A stretch of DNA of 64,000 nt from Mustelus asterias (GCF_964213995.1 NC_135806.1:95790001-95854000), one strand, 5' to 3'; shown: positions 21,775-35,616, counted from the stretch's first letter. Notes: generated by a model from the letters alone, not told the origin. Numbers and translations: made by a program.

Positions 21775-24567
21775 GTGGGTTAAAGGCTTCTACTAGAAAA
21801 AAAAACAAGGCTTTATTTTATTAAAATAAGAAAACTTACATGTTGATAAAAATGCAGTGCTGAGATATGCGTGCTGCTGGCTTGTATCCAGGAGCAGCGC
21901 ACGCAGCATAGGTTTTATAGGCAATGTGTGAAGTAGCAGATGTCACTCCATTTGCCTGAATCCTGCTGACATTTGGAGATGTGGCAAAACTGAGCTACAG
22001 AATGAAATTTAATTAAAATTAAATGCAGCCTTGGCCATTGTATCTGTTCATTTCCTGCACTCCACGGTGTACATTTGCAGTCAACACCACAGTTAATTTG
22101 TTTAATCAGGATGCCATGTGGGGGAAGGTGCATTTTGTTTTAGCTGAGCACAGTGGCAGATGCCAGGTTGCACATCATTACACGTGATGTAGCCTGTGTA
22201 AATGATGCTATTGATGTGCCTCACAGAACCACCTGACGGCCAACCCACTTCGTTCCTATGGCTGCAGGAAAGCTAATCCACATAAATTGATTATATTTCA
22301 AATGGATAGAGGTTTAACTAATGTGATTCTGAAGGAGATATTTGGCTGAATCTGTGTCTGAGTTAATATTGAGGATAATGTTTTTGGGTGTCAATGATTA
22401 GGATTTTATGATATTTTCTTTTTCCCGATTAAGTATATTTTTACCTTGAAGAATGATAAGTAAATGACAAATCAGTTTTGTTAAAATAGGTTCAACTACA
22501 TTTTCAAAAAGATTCCACTGTCAATGAGGTAAAAGGATTAATCAGCAAAGGACTAAACCCTCTTTGAGGACTTCTGAGCTTGCTTGGCTAAGCAATTTGC
22601 ACTAAAACACTGCTTTTTAGAAATCTGATTATTATACTGTATTTGACATTCTTAATATTAATGAGAAGCATATGTCTTCGACTTGATTTTAAATTTTTAC
22701 TTGTGCATTGTCACATTGCACTATCCATATTCTGGCACATTTTTTCTAAATGGTATGTCTCCTGCACCTGATGGACCTCAGGGAATTCTGAAGATCATCG
22801 GTGCTGTCTAGAAAACCATCTAAATCACTTATGCTGTTCCAGTTCACCTTGGTGCTGAGATAGTATTTTACTACGTACCGCCATGAAATTTTCACTGTAT
22901 AATAAGCAGAGCTAAAATTGTACAACTTATTCCCCTACCATGCAAGCTCAAAACAGTGGCCTAATCATGGATTCAAATTCCCTAATGCTCTGATGGATTT
23001 TCACCATAAAGATGATACTGTAGCTGCAAAATTCAACCTTGGTGCCAAATTGGGTCATTAAGAAGTTTTCTCACACCCATGTTGTGTCTGTGATACGACG
23101 TCTCATTGTAATTCTACTGTAAAATCTGATGTCTAGCATCAAATCTCAAAATAATTATTTTAAATTGCTATCAAGAAACTGTAATCCATATGGGAAACCA
23201 TTACGATTGTTTGAACAAAATGAATTACAATGCTCATGTAACTATATACCTGAACGGAAGAAGATAACCTTTGTATAAAAAAAAGTTAATTTAACCCAAA
23301 AGGCAGTGAATGTTTTTGCATAGTTGAAATGAAAAAAAAGTATATAATACCTTGTAGGTTTATTCAAATAATATTTTGAAAATTAATTACAATAGGATAA
23401 AAAGTAGGCTTCATGCAGAAACTATTTATGAAAGATATGTCAACAAATAACAAAGGAAACATCTAGTTTTGTAGGAATTTCCCCCTGTAGGTAATTGTTG
23501 AAGAAATTGATATATCTAATCAACTAAAACCAGCAGTTACGAAGGCCTTGGAAAGCACCTCTTTTAAAGGCATTTATAACGAACTCAAAAACATGAATTT
23601 CCATCCAAGTAATGCTTTGCTATTGCACAAACTAAACCCTTATGTTCTTTTAGGATTGGAAAGCAAACTTTCATGATGCGATTTAAACTCTAATTAGGTT
23701 TGTCTTCATAAAAGCGATAGATGTTTTACAAATTCTGCAAAAAGTATCTTACCTCGTTTCGGTTCAATGTGTAGACAACTAAATCTATGTTTAAAAATTT
23801 CAATTTCTCAGAGCAGAAGTTCTACATTTGCGAATCGAATCTACAAAATTATACTCCTGTCAGAACCTTGCCTAATGGAGCACATGTATTGAATAGAAAA
23901 TTATTGCAAATGCATCTGGAGTTATACCAAGTGCTGCTGATGCAGGACTCTGCACCCATGAGTATGATTTGGTAAAATTAGCCTTCTGTCCTATGAACCA
24001 ACTGGAAAACGTGAGTTTTGACTGTGCAGTAAAGGGGCAAAATTGAGGACTCAATAAGGGGTCTGTGCAATTTTCATGGTTGGCTCTTATTATAAAATGC
24101 GGTCAACAAGCTATTAGTATAAAACCAAGAGGCAGCCTTCCGATAAAATGCAGTAATTGGGTGGTGCTGCCATTTTCCAAGAGGCTGCAGGAGCAACTGA
24201 AAAGGGCAGTGCATGTTTTACTGGTAACAGAAAGAAACAACACTGTGGAACAACAGGCAACATTAGTGCAGAACATATCACAGCAACTGAAAAACTTTTA
24301 AATTGATTAAACTAGAAAACCCACTTGAAAGTAAAATACTAGAAACTTTCCAAAAGTTCCATTCAGCTTTACCTGACAGCATATGTCAACATGTAATATA
24401 TTGTTATCCAGCCAGTTGACTGCCGACAGAGGGTGCAACATTTTGCAGAATACCTTGCATGTGTGACAATTGCCTTGTATATTTGGCAATTGCAATTCAA
24501 TGGCAAAAAAATTTCAAGTAGTACACTGTAGTAGAAGTACTTTAAGTCCTAACATTCTCAAAAGAGT

Positions 24568-25420
24568 GGAGGATCAGAGAGATCTATTTGTAGATACAAA
24601 GATCTTTAAACTCAGGATTGTATGTGGAAAGATCCCATAACTGTTCAAATCTGATCTTGGGTTTTATATTATTGGGTATTAAGTACAAAAGCAGGGAAAG
24701 ATGATGAATCTTTGTGAGATGTTGGTGAGGCCGCCATTACCTTATGAAGAGCACTGCATGTCATGCTTAATCCTGCATCAGCACAGTCAATCCTGGTTTT
24801 TACTGGCTCCCCATTACCTAGCACATTATCTTTGAAATTTGCATCTTTAGACCCATGTTATGTTGCTCTTCAGAACATTTGTAATCTTGTCCGATCTTAA
24901 ATTACAGCTATTCTTCATAATTCCTTTGATTCTGGTCCTGTCTACTTCATGTTTTACGGTAAAGTTTTCAGACAGTATACTTTTAAATTTGCTTGCTAAA
25001 TCCTGCCACCCTTCTACCTCTCTAGTTATTGTCAAGGCACTCTTCAAAATTTTACCTTTTTGTTAGTGTATTCATCCTCAATCTTCCTGCTTAGCTCGTT
25101 AATGCCCATGTCAAATTTCTTGGAAACTATTTTTGATGTAAAGTACACTACAATGGTGCACATGGTTCTCCTGTGTGCAGTTTTGGGCATCCTTATTGTG
25201 AAAGAATTTTGGAGTCATGGAAAAGTGCACTATAAATTCACCAAGCTGACATGAAGGATGAGAGAATTTAGTAAAAGTTGAAAGATTTGAAAAAATAACA
25301 TTTTATTTCAACGTACACAGAAAATGAAAAAGAGCTTCATCAGAACTGCGACAATTAAGAAAGATTTTGATTTGATAAAAAGAGAGGTTATTTCCACTAT
25401 TGCTGAATTGGTAAAAAGGA
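24568..25420 (+). mobile_element. Very old CR1 3' remnants in two pieces (about 24568-24740 and 25215-25420)
   Basis: GTGGAGGATCAGAGAGATCT, AAGTACAAAAGCAGGGA, TTGGTGAGGCCGC, AAATTCACCAAGCTGA. Confidence 0.5.
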
Positions 25421-26617
25421 AGCAGCCGACAAATCAATCCCAAGCCAGATGGTGAAATATGAAACCAGATGCAAATTAATTTCTTGACAGTTTGTTTATT
25501 TACAAAATGTAGCATTATATATGTCTACCTTCTATCTACAAACGCCCAGTATCTTATCAGTCCGTCTTTACATATGCTCTCAATATTTAATCATTGCCCT
25601 CCTGTTTATCCTTAACTTTAACAATACAAATAGTATCATTAATAATAGCTTCTCGATTGTTCGCAATGAACTTCAGTGAAGAGAGTTCTCTAAACTTAAC
25701 TCTAGTCCTCACTATGGACTGGAAGAAAGCATACATATAGGTGTGTGTAGGGAGTTAAAATTAGAGAAACACCACATCGGGCAGCCTGTTTTAAAGCATT
25801 GATTTCCACATTTAGTTTGAGCGCACCAAGCTGCATGCAAGCATTTCCCTCAGAATCCCAGGGAAGTGTGCCAATAAATACTCAGTATTTGTAGCTGTTC
25901 TCTTACCTGCTAGTAGGGAAGGTTTTACTTGCTGTACTTTTACTGACAGGTTACTTTCTACATTTTGAATATTTTTCTGTCATATCCAGATGAGTGCCGT
26001 TTATACTGCCTTTGATTTCACCTCAGATGAGGACCCTCTTCTTGTTTGTCTTTCGAGGCGAAGATGACCATGCTCATCAACTGGGGTATTTGGTAGGGTT
26101 CTGGTGGGCATGTAGATGACTGTTTGGGCAGACTTGCACCCAAAAGTTCTTCTCCAACTGAAACAGCATACCACAGATTTTGAGTTTTGGGTGAGTTGCT
26201 GGCTCGCGATTTCCTCTTGTTGTGTTTTCTTTCTGCCTCTGATACATGTTTGCTTTCAAAGGCGGCCTCACCATTTTTTTATTTGTTTGTGCCAGGTGTA
26301 GTGATCATAAATTAGCTTCTCCCAAGACTCAAAGTCAATATCAAAACTCCTAATTTCAGTGTGTCCTTGTAATACACTGCAGATTCACACTCTGCATAGA
26401 AGATTAATTTTGGTAGATGAGTATCAGGCATTCTGACTACACTGCGAGTCCAACTCAGTTATGACCATCTCGATATGTGGATGCTTGACATGCCAGCTTG
26501 GATGAACATCTCAGTGTCTGGTACATTTTCCTGCCATCTGATCTTCAGATGCTTCTGAAGATAGTTTGAGTGAAAGTATTTGAGCTTCTTGGCATGGCAC
26601 TGGCACAGAGTGCAAGG

Positions 26618-27140
26618 GGGCACTCTTACCTTCTCGTCCCACCGATCGATGGAAGGGGTGAGCCAGTAAGATTGCGAGATAGGTGGAAAATTGGGTTCAT
26701 GCCCAATTTCTTGCTTAACGTGATCTTACAGGGCCTGGATATCTGACAAGATCGGGCACGAGGATGATCTCTAAATTTAAATAATATTTTAACTAGAATT
26801 TTCATGTTATTAGTGAGTCTGGGATGCTATCGTCTGGGCTTATTTGCCTTTGTGGCCTTGTTGATCCGGAGGCCATTTAGGCCCCCAGGAGCTTGGAGAC
26901 AGGGCAATGCCAACGGGGTGGGGCCTACTGGGAGGGGTGGAGCCTGAAGGGGCCTAAGGGGGATCGCTGCACACTCTGCAACTTCGGTCAGATGGGAGAG
27001 GATGCAGCGCACTCTGCAACTGGTGATCTAGCAGGGAGGGTGGCGATCGACTAGACTGGGATGAAGGGAGGAATGGGAAGGGAGGGGTGGGTGATCGTCC
27101 ACGGATGCCAGCGATATTCATGGGAGTAGTGGGGGTGGGG
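26618..27140. mobile_element. Decayed GC-rich non-autonomous TIR-type element
   Basis: Begins GGGGCACTCTTACC; shares the CACTCTGCA/GATC internal motifs of the TIR family. Confidence 0.45.
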
Positions 27141-27195
27141 GGATGAAAGACAGTGACAGATCTCCCAAGTGTCAACTTGGACATACTGAGATCCT

Positions 27196-28683
27196 GGGGG
27201 CGATTCACCCGGACCTCCAAGCTACTCGAGCAGCACAGCAGGCTGGGAGACATCAGCGGCAGCCATTTCACGGTCTTCCCGCTGGGCACCATGGCCGCTG
27301 CGAGTCTCCCAGCCTAAGATTTTTGATGTTATCAGCTCCGTACCGGAAATCAGCGTGGAGCTGATTATCATATGGAAATGTCATGGTAATTTACATTTCC
27401 ATATGATTCGTGGGCCCGGGATTGAATTCTTCAGACCCACTAGCATTTCCCCCCACCCCCCACACCCCTTGGCCGGGAATGGTTCCCTTCAGCACTCCCC
27501 ACTAATAGGGAACAGGCGACCTGACCCCACTGGAGGGAACTGAGGCCATTGAATCCCTTGGGAGGTCAGGGGTAAAGGGGGGGGTGCCTACTGCGAGTGC
27601 CTAAGGCTACCAGGGTGCAGGGTGCCAGGCTGGCACTGCCCAAGGGGCAAATGGCAGTGCCCAAGGGGCACCTTGTCACTGCCCACCAGGCACCGGGCAG
27701 TACTGAGGGGGAGGGGCATACTGGGTGGCAGGGCCTATTAGGGGCAATTGGTGTAGGAGCTGCCACTCTGCAATCGAGATTGGTGGGGGAGGGAGTGAGG
27801 GCGGTTGAGCTGGCCATCCAGGTGGTGGTTCGCGATGGTCATTGGGGGGGATGGTCATCAGGAGGGGTGTTCGGGACAGTCGGGGAGTGGATGGGGACTG
27901 GCAACGAAGAACGGGACCGGGGCTGGTCATCGGGATCGAGGGGGGTGGGGGAGGAAGATCCGGGAGGCCTGTAATTGGTGGGTAATTAGAGCAGCACGGT
28001 GGCACAGTGGTTAGCACTGCTGCCTCACAGAGCCAGGGACCTGGGTTCGATTCCCGGCTTGGGTCACTGTCTGTGTGGAGTTTGCACATTCTCCTAGTGT
28101 CTGCGTGGGTTTCCTCCGGGTGCTCCGGTTTCCTCCCACAGTCCAAAGATGTGCGGGTTAGGTTGATTGGCCAAGCGAAATTGCCCCTTAGTGTCCCGGG
28201 ATGTGTAGATTAGAGGGATTAGCGAGTAAATATGAGGGTTAGAGGGATTAGCAGGTAAATATGTAGGGATACGGGGATAGGGCCTGGTTGGGATTGTGGT
28301 CGGTGCAGACTCGATGGGCCGAATGGCCTCTTTCTGCACTGTAGGGGTTCTATGGGTAGGGGGATCGGAAAGCCAGTGATGACGGGTTGCAGGGCTGGCC
28401 AGCGAGCTGGAGGCCGGCAATGAGGGGGCCACTGTGCATGCGCCAATCTCCATGCTGACAGATCGGCGCATGAGCATTGGCCCGTTCAGCACTATGCTGC
28501 CTGCCTTTTGGGTGGGAATAGGCCCCGCCCTCTAATTTTCATTGTGAATCACGCTAGTGCGCTCTGTGATACATAGAGTGTCAGAGATTCATTCTGGAAA
28601 TCACGCTAAAAAAACCAGTGGGATTTACTCCCATTTTCCCTGAATGTTGGGGATGTAGAATTTTTTTGGGAGAATCCTGGCCC
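27196..28683. mobile_element. GC-rich non-autonomous TIR element (putative PIF/Harbinger derivative) containing a SINE
   Basis: Ends GGGGGCGATTCACCC and TTTTGGGAGAATCCTGGCCC; subterminal blocks homologous to the 36508, 40215, 42088 and 45291 copies. Confidence 0.75.
27991..28354 (+). mobile_element. HE1-type V-SINE, full length
   Basis: A box TGGCACAGTGG, B box GGTTCGATTCC, V core, CR1-like tail; internal duplication of TTAGAGGGATTAGC...GTAAATATG. Confidence 0.92.
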
Positions 28684-29899
28684 TGTTTTTTTGATACAAA
28701 ACCTTTCCACTGCTGACAGGTACTAGTCATGAGATAAATTCTTGGGCTCCAGACAGGGCTTTCCTGGAGTAGACTGGTACATTAATTCAGTTTTCTGAAG
28801 TTTTCGCATGTGTTGCAGAACAAGTTCATGCCATAATGTATGTCCATCTCTCAACTGGCAGCTAGTGCACAGTCATTGGCAAACAATCCCGAACTATGGA
28901 GCGATTCTCCCTGCGCAGTGCAGGATCAATGGGTTGAATGGCCTCCTTCAGCACATGATTCAATGAATTTCAGGCAATCTCATGATATGCTTTCTGATTT
29001 AGCCAAGATTCGTTCATCTCACTACCAATGTTTTGATAGGCATCATACTTGTCATTAAGATAAATACTGTAGAGCCAATGTTCCTCCTCCAATGGTTTCT
29101 GGATTGTGTCATCGTTTTCATTGAACCAATATTGATGCTCACAAGAAGTAGGGTCAGTTGCCTCAAGAGCGGTGGTGCACGAAGGTCACCCAATCATCCT
29201 CAGTGCAATGAGGACCAAAGTGACCATCAGCTGCACCCACAGCTACCTGCTGCTCACAACATGTAGCTCCACAGGACAGAGGGTGGCAACATAGAAATGA
29301 GCAGCAGTGGGGCAACTAGCAAAGGTGAAATTCTCAGAAGGCATGATAATAAAAACAAGGTCTACAGGCAGCAGCAGAGGTTCCCTGACGTGTGAACAGC
29401 CAGTGCCTCAGATGGCTCAGGATGTTAAGTCAAATACCAACAAATATCTGCACCTTTCCAAAAGAAGATCTGATTCTACTCAACCTAGTGGCTAAACATT
29501 TACAGTGTCTCTCAAAGTGACCACACCCTTCAACTATCTTTGCCTCTGGATCCTTCCAAGATTCTGCTGCAAGCATATCCTGGATTTCGTGGTTAGCCAC
29601 CCACAAATGCACAAGACAGGTGAGCGATGGCTGGTTTGCAAGGGTCAGCAAGTATTTCAACATTGCCAGTGATGATGCCGATCAAAATGAGCAGCTGCTC
29701 AGCTTTCAGCTTTGGCTGGCTTCTACCAGGTGTAAAATGCCATTAACTCCACACACGTGGCAGTCTGCTCGCCCACCAAATTAATCAACCATTCTATAAA
29801 TATGTCGCTGGTGTGCAACTATAAAAATATATTTTTGAAGGCATATACAAAATTCCCAGGTCGCTGTCATAATGTTTTTGTACTGTGACTGTCCAAGCT

Positions 29900-30560
29900 T
29901 GCTGACCTCTTCGGACTTGCAAGCAGACTTCAGGCATGGCTACAGGCATATCAAGGGCTTTCGACTGCAAATTTGGTTGTGAAACCCCAAAATTGGCACC
30001 CCGTTTTTCATCCACGTGACTTCAATCTCAGGAAGGTAAAATCCAGTAACGTGACACAAGAACAGGGCTGACTGCCCTGAATATTGAGAGGTTTTGGGTC
30101 AGAGAGTGACTGTCGGTTCAATTCTCTGGGGCAGCTCACTTTTGGCGATGGGAATGTTAGGCCAATATATGGCAACCGCTTGCTGGTAGTCTGCTTCCGC
30201 TTGTTCATTGCATGTGTCCATACTCCCAACAGCACTACAGTGAATGTTATATAACAATCTGTGTGTGATAGAACTGGCCATTGACATGCTGAAGCTATGC
30301 TTCAAGGGCATGGACAAATCTGGAGGCGCTCTTCCACCCTTTTCAGCCAGAGTCTCCAGAATGGACATGTTGTCCAACAACGACATTTGGACCTGCTGGA
30401 GGAACCTGACAAAGAGTCCAGATACTCCTCCGATGACTCAAAGGGAGAGGAGAAAGAAATAGGAGGAAGGTAACAAGTGCATGGCACTCCAAGTTGTGCA
30501 CATTGATGCCATGGATGTCCATATTAATGCAAGGTTCGCTTAGGCTACATCAATGCCCCC
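29900..30560 (+). pseudogene. Second decayed PIF/Harbinger transposase
   Basis: CVIELAIDMLKLCFKGMDKSGGAL..FSARVS corresponds to IEQAIGxLKxRFRCLDRSGGALQY; upstream RAFDC resembles GAIDC. Confidence 0.7.
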
Positions 30561-30669
30561 ATGTCACAAGGAATTGCACTGACCACTCTTCCTGCTATGT
30601 TCCACAGACACAAAGCAGTTGTGAAATCAATAAACCACCTTTCATCAGTCCCTTATTGGGCCCCATCAA

Positions 30670-31640
30670 TTCATGGGAACAATTCAGAATCGAGCAAAGG
30701 AGGACCAAGGAACTGATTAAGAAAGTTAAAAGAAAATATGATTGCATAAAGCTTCTTTCGGGATGTAAAAAGGAAAAGATTAGCTCGGACAAATGTGGGC
30801 CCATTACAGGTGGGACAGAATAATTTGTGATGGAGAACATCAAAATTGTGGAGAAACTAAACAGTTATTTTGCAACTGTCTTCATGGAAGAAGATACAAA
30901 AAAATCTCCAGAAAAACTAGACAGCTAATGGACTTACAAAACTGAGGGGCTAAAAGAAATTAGTGTTTGTAAAGAGATGGGACTTGAAAAGTTAACTGAG
31001 TTGAAGCTTGATAAATCACCTGGACCAGATGAACTTCATCCCAGCGTGTTAAAGGAGGTGGCTATGGAGATAGAGGATGCATTGGTGGTTTTTCTTTCAA
31101 AGTTCTATAAATTTTGGAAAGGTTTCTGTTGTCTGGAAAGTAGCAAATGTAACCCCACTATTTGGGAAAGGAGGGAGAATGGAAAACCACAAACCTGTTA
31201 GTTTGACGTCAGTCGTAGGGAAAATGCATAAAGGATGTGTTTTTTTTTTAGTATTCATTCATGCGATGTGGGTATCACTGGCAGGGCTGGCATCTATTGC
31301 CCACCTCTGGGGTAATTTAAGAATCAACTACATTGCTACATTGCTGTGGATCTGGGGTCACAGGTAGGCCAGACAAGGAAGGATGACAGATTTCCTTCCC
31401 TAATGGAATTGAGTGAACCAGATGGGTTTTTACGGCAATCAACAATGGTTTCATGGCCATCATTAGACTTTTTATTCCAGATTATTATTGAATTCAAATT
31501 TCACTATTTGCCATGGTGGGATTTGAACCCAAGTCCCCAAAGCATTACCCTGGGTGCCTAGATTACTAGTCCAGCGACAAACTACATCACTACTTTCATA
31601 GACATTTAGAGAAGAATGATAAATTGGCAGAGTCAATGGT
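30670..31640 (+). mobile_element. Old CR1 ORF2 middle fragment, interrupted by a SINE
   Basis: KLDKSPGPDELHPSVLKEVA, WKVANVTPLF, PVSLTSVVGKM, with frameshifts. Confidence 0.85.
31240..31593 (-). mobile_element. MetaSINE-like tRNA SINE, near full length
   Basis: Minus strand: B box GGTTCAAATCCCACC, core CCCATCTGGTTCACT...AGGGAAGGAAATCTG, tail GCCAGTGATACCCACATCGCATGAATGAAT. Confidence 0.75.
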
Positions 31641-31920
31641 ATTGTGCACTCCCTTCACCTGTATGGAGAGAAAGAAGAGATGTATGACTATTTTACTGCC
31701 ATGGATGGAGTTCATTTGGATGTAGATGCCTGTTTAGGCTATTAAACTGCGTTCTGCATTGGATCCAGGAGTGTTGCACCACTCTCCTTCCATCTTCTTG
31801 CAACCCACAGCAACACACCTAGGGAGGCATCAATGAAGTCTTAACTCCACTAAAATATGTGCAGTTTTCTAATAGTGAACTCCAACTATTTTCGATTATG
31901 TTTGGATTGTCCATTTTTTT

Positions 31921-32203
31921 CCTACAGTGCACTGACCACAATCCCATCCAGGCCCTATCCCCATAACCCCATGCCTTTACCCTAGCTAGTCCCCCTGAAA
32001 CTAAGGGGCAATTTAGCATGGCCAATCCACCTAACCCACACATCTTTGGAGTGTGGGAGGAAACCAGAGCACCCAGAGGAAACCCATGCAGACATGGGGA
32101 GAATGTGCAAACTCCACACAGACAGTGACCCAAGCCGGGAGTCGAACCCAAGTCCCTGGCACTGTGAGGCAGCAGTGAGAACCACTGTACCACCGTGCTG
32201 CCC
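31921..32203 (-). mobile_element. HE1-type V-SINE
   Basis: Head and V core intact; tail internally deleted. Confidence 0.9.
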
Positions 32204-32407
32204 AATAGTTGAGTTTCAAAAGTGGAGATGAGATGGCATCCACAGCTGCACAGGAAACCTGGAAGGGAAAGTATAATGAGGTGCCTGAGTTGAAAAAGCA
32301 CTGACAGAAGTGCTTGACAAATTCCGGGTTTTCCACAAACTCCTGTACCACTCTCCCTGCTCCCAGCATATCCACATATTAAAATCTAGCCCTAAGTTTC
32401 TATATAG

Positions 32408-32795
32408 AGCAAGACTGTACAATATTCAAGCTTGAGCAATTTGTGGCAAGTAACATTGGCACCAGGCAATGACCATCTCCCCTTGACTGAATTCCCCAGT
32501 ATTAACATACTAGAGGTTACTGTTGACCAGAAACTGCCTGGACCAGCCATATAAATACTGTGGTTCCCAAACCACATATCATCTTGTCTTGGAACTTCAT
32601 TGTCGTTCATTCACTATTGTTAAGTCAAAATCCTGGAACTCCCTTCCTAACAATGTGGGTGTTCCTGCAACACATGAACTGCAGCAGTTCAAGAAGACAG
32701 CTCCCCACCACCTTCTCGAGGATAATTAGGGATGGGCTATAAATGCAGGGCTAGCCAGTGACATCCACACTCCATCACAGGAACAAATGAAAAAT
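32408..32795 (+). mobile_element. Lineage-B LINE 3' fragment with internal deletions
   Basis: Aligns piecewise to about 3540-4345, including the tail. Confidence 0.8.
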
Positions 32796-35616
32796 ACATT
32801 TTTAGCTCTTAATGTATAGGGATAACTAGGGATAATAAGTAGTCCCTTGCAAATGCCTGCCATGTCCCAACAAAAGATTTAAAAGACCAAAAGTGGCCAT
32901 TGACACTAACTCAATCACAACATTTAAAAGATCAGCTGAAGAAAAGTAAAGGGTATGGGGAGAGGACAGGCAAAATGGAATTAGAGTTCAAAGCAAGAGT
33001 GTGTGATTTTGTGTTTTATACACTTGTAAATGGCAGCGCTGGATAATGCAGACATTTTCTATTACCTCCAAGTTGTTGGAAGGTTTGTAGGTAAGTCTAT
33101 GTAAAGAAGACTGTAAAAAGCATTAAACATATAAACAGTATAACCTGTTTAGCACAACATAACTTTTTATCAGAAGTTAATCCACAATCTAACTTCGATA
33201 AATAATTAAATGCATAGTTATGAATAAAAATGTTTGTACATTTTTAGATACTATTCTTAATGAAAAAACTGCTGTCAGTCAAACTAACTAATATAAAAGA
33301 GCATTTTTGTGTAGTGATTTACTGTTCTCTTTGTATGACAATCATCAACATTTATTTGGCAAAAAAGTAAGTCCAGCATTTAATGTACTGTGTGGAAAAA
33401 AGTTTCATAATTTCATACATTGGAGTGAATTTTACAGGGGTGCACCCCCTTCCCCCATAGAAAAGTTGGAATTGAGCTGACCAACTTTAAAAATATGCTG
33501 CCCGCAGCGATAATTCACAGCAGGGCAGCCTTAACAAGCTGAATGGAACTTCCATCTCTCAGGGAAAGGGAGTACCAGCCTTGAGAGCTGCCTGCCAATC
33601 TGATTGTTTAGCAACTGAGTAGTCACAGCACTGCCAGAACTCAATACTGGGCACTGCTGGGTCTACAAGGAGTCCCAAGAGGAAAGAACGTGGATAACAA
33701 CAAGGAGTCTAGGACTTTTAGTCATGGAGGGATTAGGGAGGCTAGGGAGGTGGCTGGTCAGGTTCTGGAGACTGGAGGGGAGGCAGAAAGAGTGGGAATA
33801 CCATCTTGGGAGGTGCTCCAGATAGGGACATGGCCCCCTCAGATGAGGTACCCATCACCGCCAACCTCCCACCCCAACCCTAACCCTTCCTGCCTTTTAG
33901 ACAGAGTTCGTAAAAAAGTCAGCTGGCCTCCTTTGTTCCACCTTCCCCAATCTTATTGCAGTGGAGGTCGAAACAGCGCCTTAACTGGCCATTAAGTTAA
34001 GGGCCTCAATAGGCCTAAGACCAGGTGGGCTGGCAAATGCTTTAGCAGCCTACCGTATTATGGGCGACAGATCGGCAGTGGGCAAAAAGGCAGTGGGCCA
34101 TTCACTTGTTCTCTTTTACATGCCCCCTACCAGCAAAATGCTGTGTTTATATTGACTATGATAAACTGTGATAGTTATGATGAACAGAATATGATTACTT
34201 CAAATTTGCACAATATTTGGTACTGTATTACATTATAAGAACATAGTGCTGAGAGGGTTAAAATGATCTCTTCTTTTACAAGGACTGGTTCTCGGACTAT
34301 AATGCTATAATTTAGTTTCATGGTTTATTAAGTCAGATAATAACACTCATGACGTTAAAGAAAATGATGAAAATTAAACATCTAGTTATACACACTGTGT
34401 GTTCAACTTGCAGCATGCACCGCATGTGTCACATTTTTTCCTAGTTCTTTTTTAATCTTTTATTCATAGCATTGCAGGTGATGAAAAATTTATGCTGTGA
34501 ATCTGGCATTGAATTAAATGCAAAATGAAAACGGAGGCAGCTTATACTGACAACTTAAATATTTCTTTTCAACAGTGAGTTGCACATTGTTAGTACATAT
34601 CCCTGGTTTGTTATAATGAGTTTTTGTCACCAAATAACCTTTCAAACAAAAACAGAAAACACAAATCACAAAGTACAATCAGTTTGTATTGTGAATTAAA
34701 CTGGATACTATTTTAACTCTTTGATGGCTGTAGCAAAAACCCCAATGCTATCAAAAATCATTCAAGGATATGTTGAAATTATTCCTGTTTTTTCTGAAAC
34801 ATTGAGCTGGTTTTTATGTTTTTTGGTGCGGGGATAGAACAGAAACTGAGTGGTCCTCCATTACAGGCCCCACCATCTCAGCTTGTCCAATCAAGTGTCA
34901 GATGGCCAATTAGTAGCCATCCAGTGAGAAGGAGGCCAATTAGAAGTGCAAAAGGTGACTGTGCCCAATCCAGACTGAAGGCAAGGATGTCATGCAGCAA
35001 AAGGGTATAGCTGTAAACAGGAAGTCATTCACAATTACAAGTTTAAAGGCCCCCCCGCTGTCTGAATGTCTTTTTTTATTGAAGACCAAATAAAAAGACT
35101 TAAAAAAAACATGCAGATGCTGCCACCTTCATCAGCGTTACCACATTCAGGCCATGTGCCTGCTAAAGGCCTCTTCTTCTGTCCTTGTGCTGCCTCATCA
35201 TTGCTACCATAAAACACCCCCAACGTTTTCACATCTATTGCAGTGACCAATAAACAAATTGCAGACCATTGGGCATTAATACACTCAATAGCTTGTTAAC
35301 TGGTAATTTCCAAATGGAAGGGGGACTGCTGATTTCTGTGCCTGCTTGCCTTCTGTAATTTCGGAGACTGGCATGATGACATTGTATTACCAACCTGACC
35401 GCCTATTTCACGTTCACTCGGCGGTCATCCACTTGATTTGTGCATGTAAAATCCAGGCCATTGTGTTCTTGAAAAACTGAACATTATAGAAGGAAAAAAT
35501 GTGACACAACGTATTTCACAAACTGAAAATAGTATCAATAGATAGTTAATGAACCAGATTTGATCATTGGCATAATGATATGACTGCTTTAGTTCAGGTC
35601 AAAAACTCCAAAGTAT

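Noticed and set aside
34412-34485. Recursive splice site or tiny exon (pyrimidine tract, TTGCAG|GTGATG, upstream GCATG motifs)
   Set aside because: Weak donor and intervening AGs; such patterns are common in AT-rich introns
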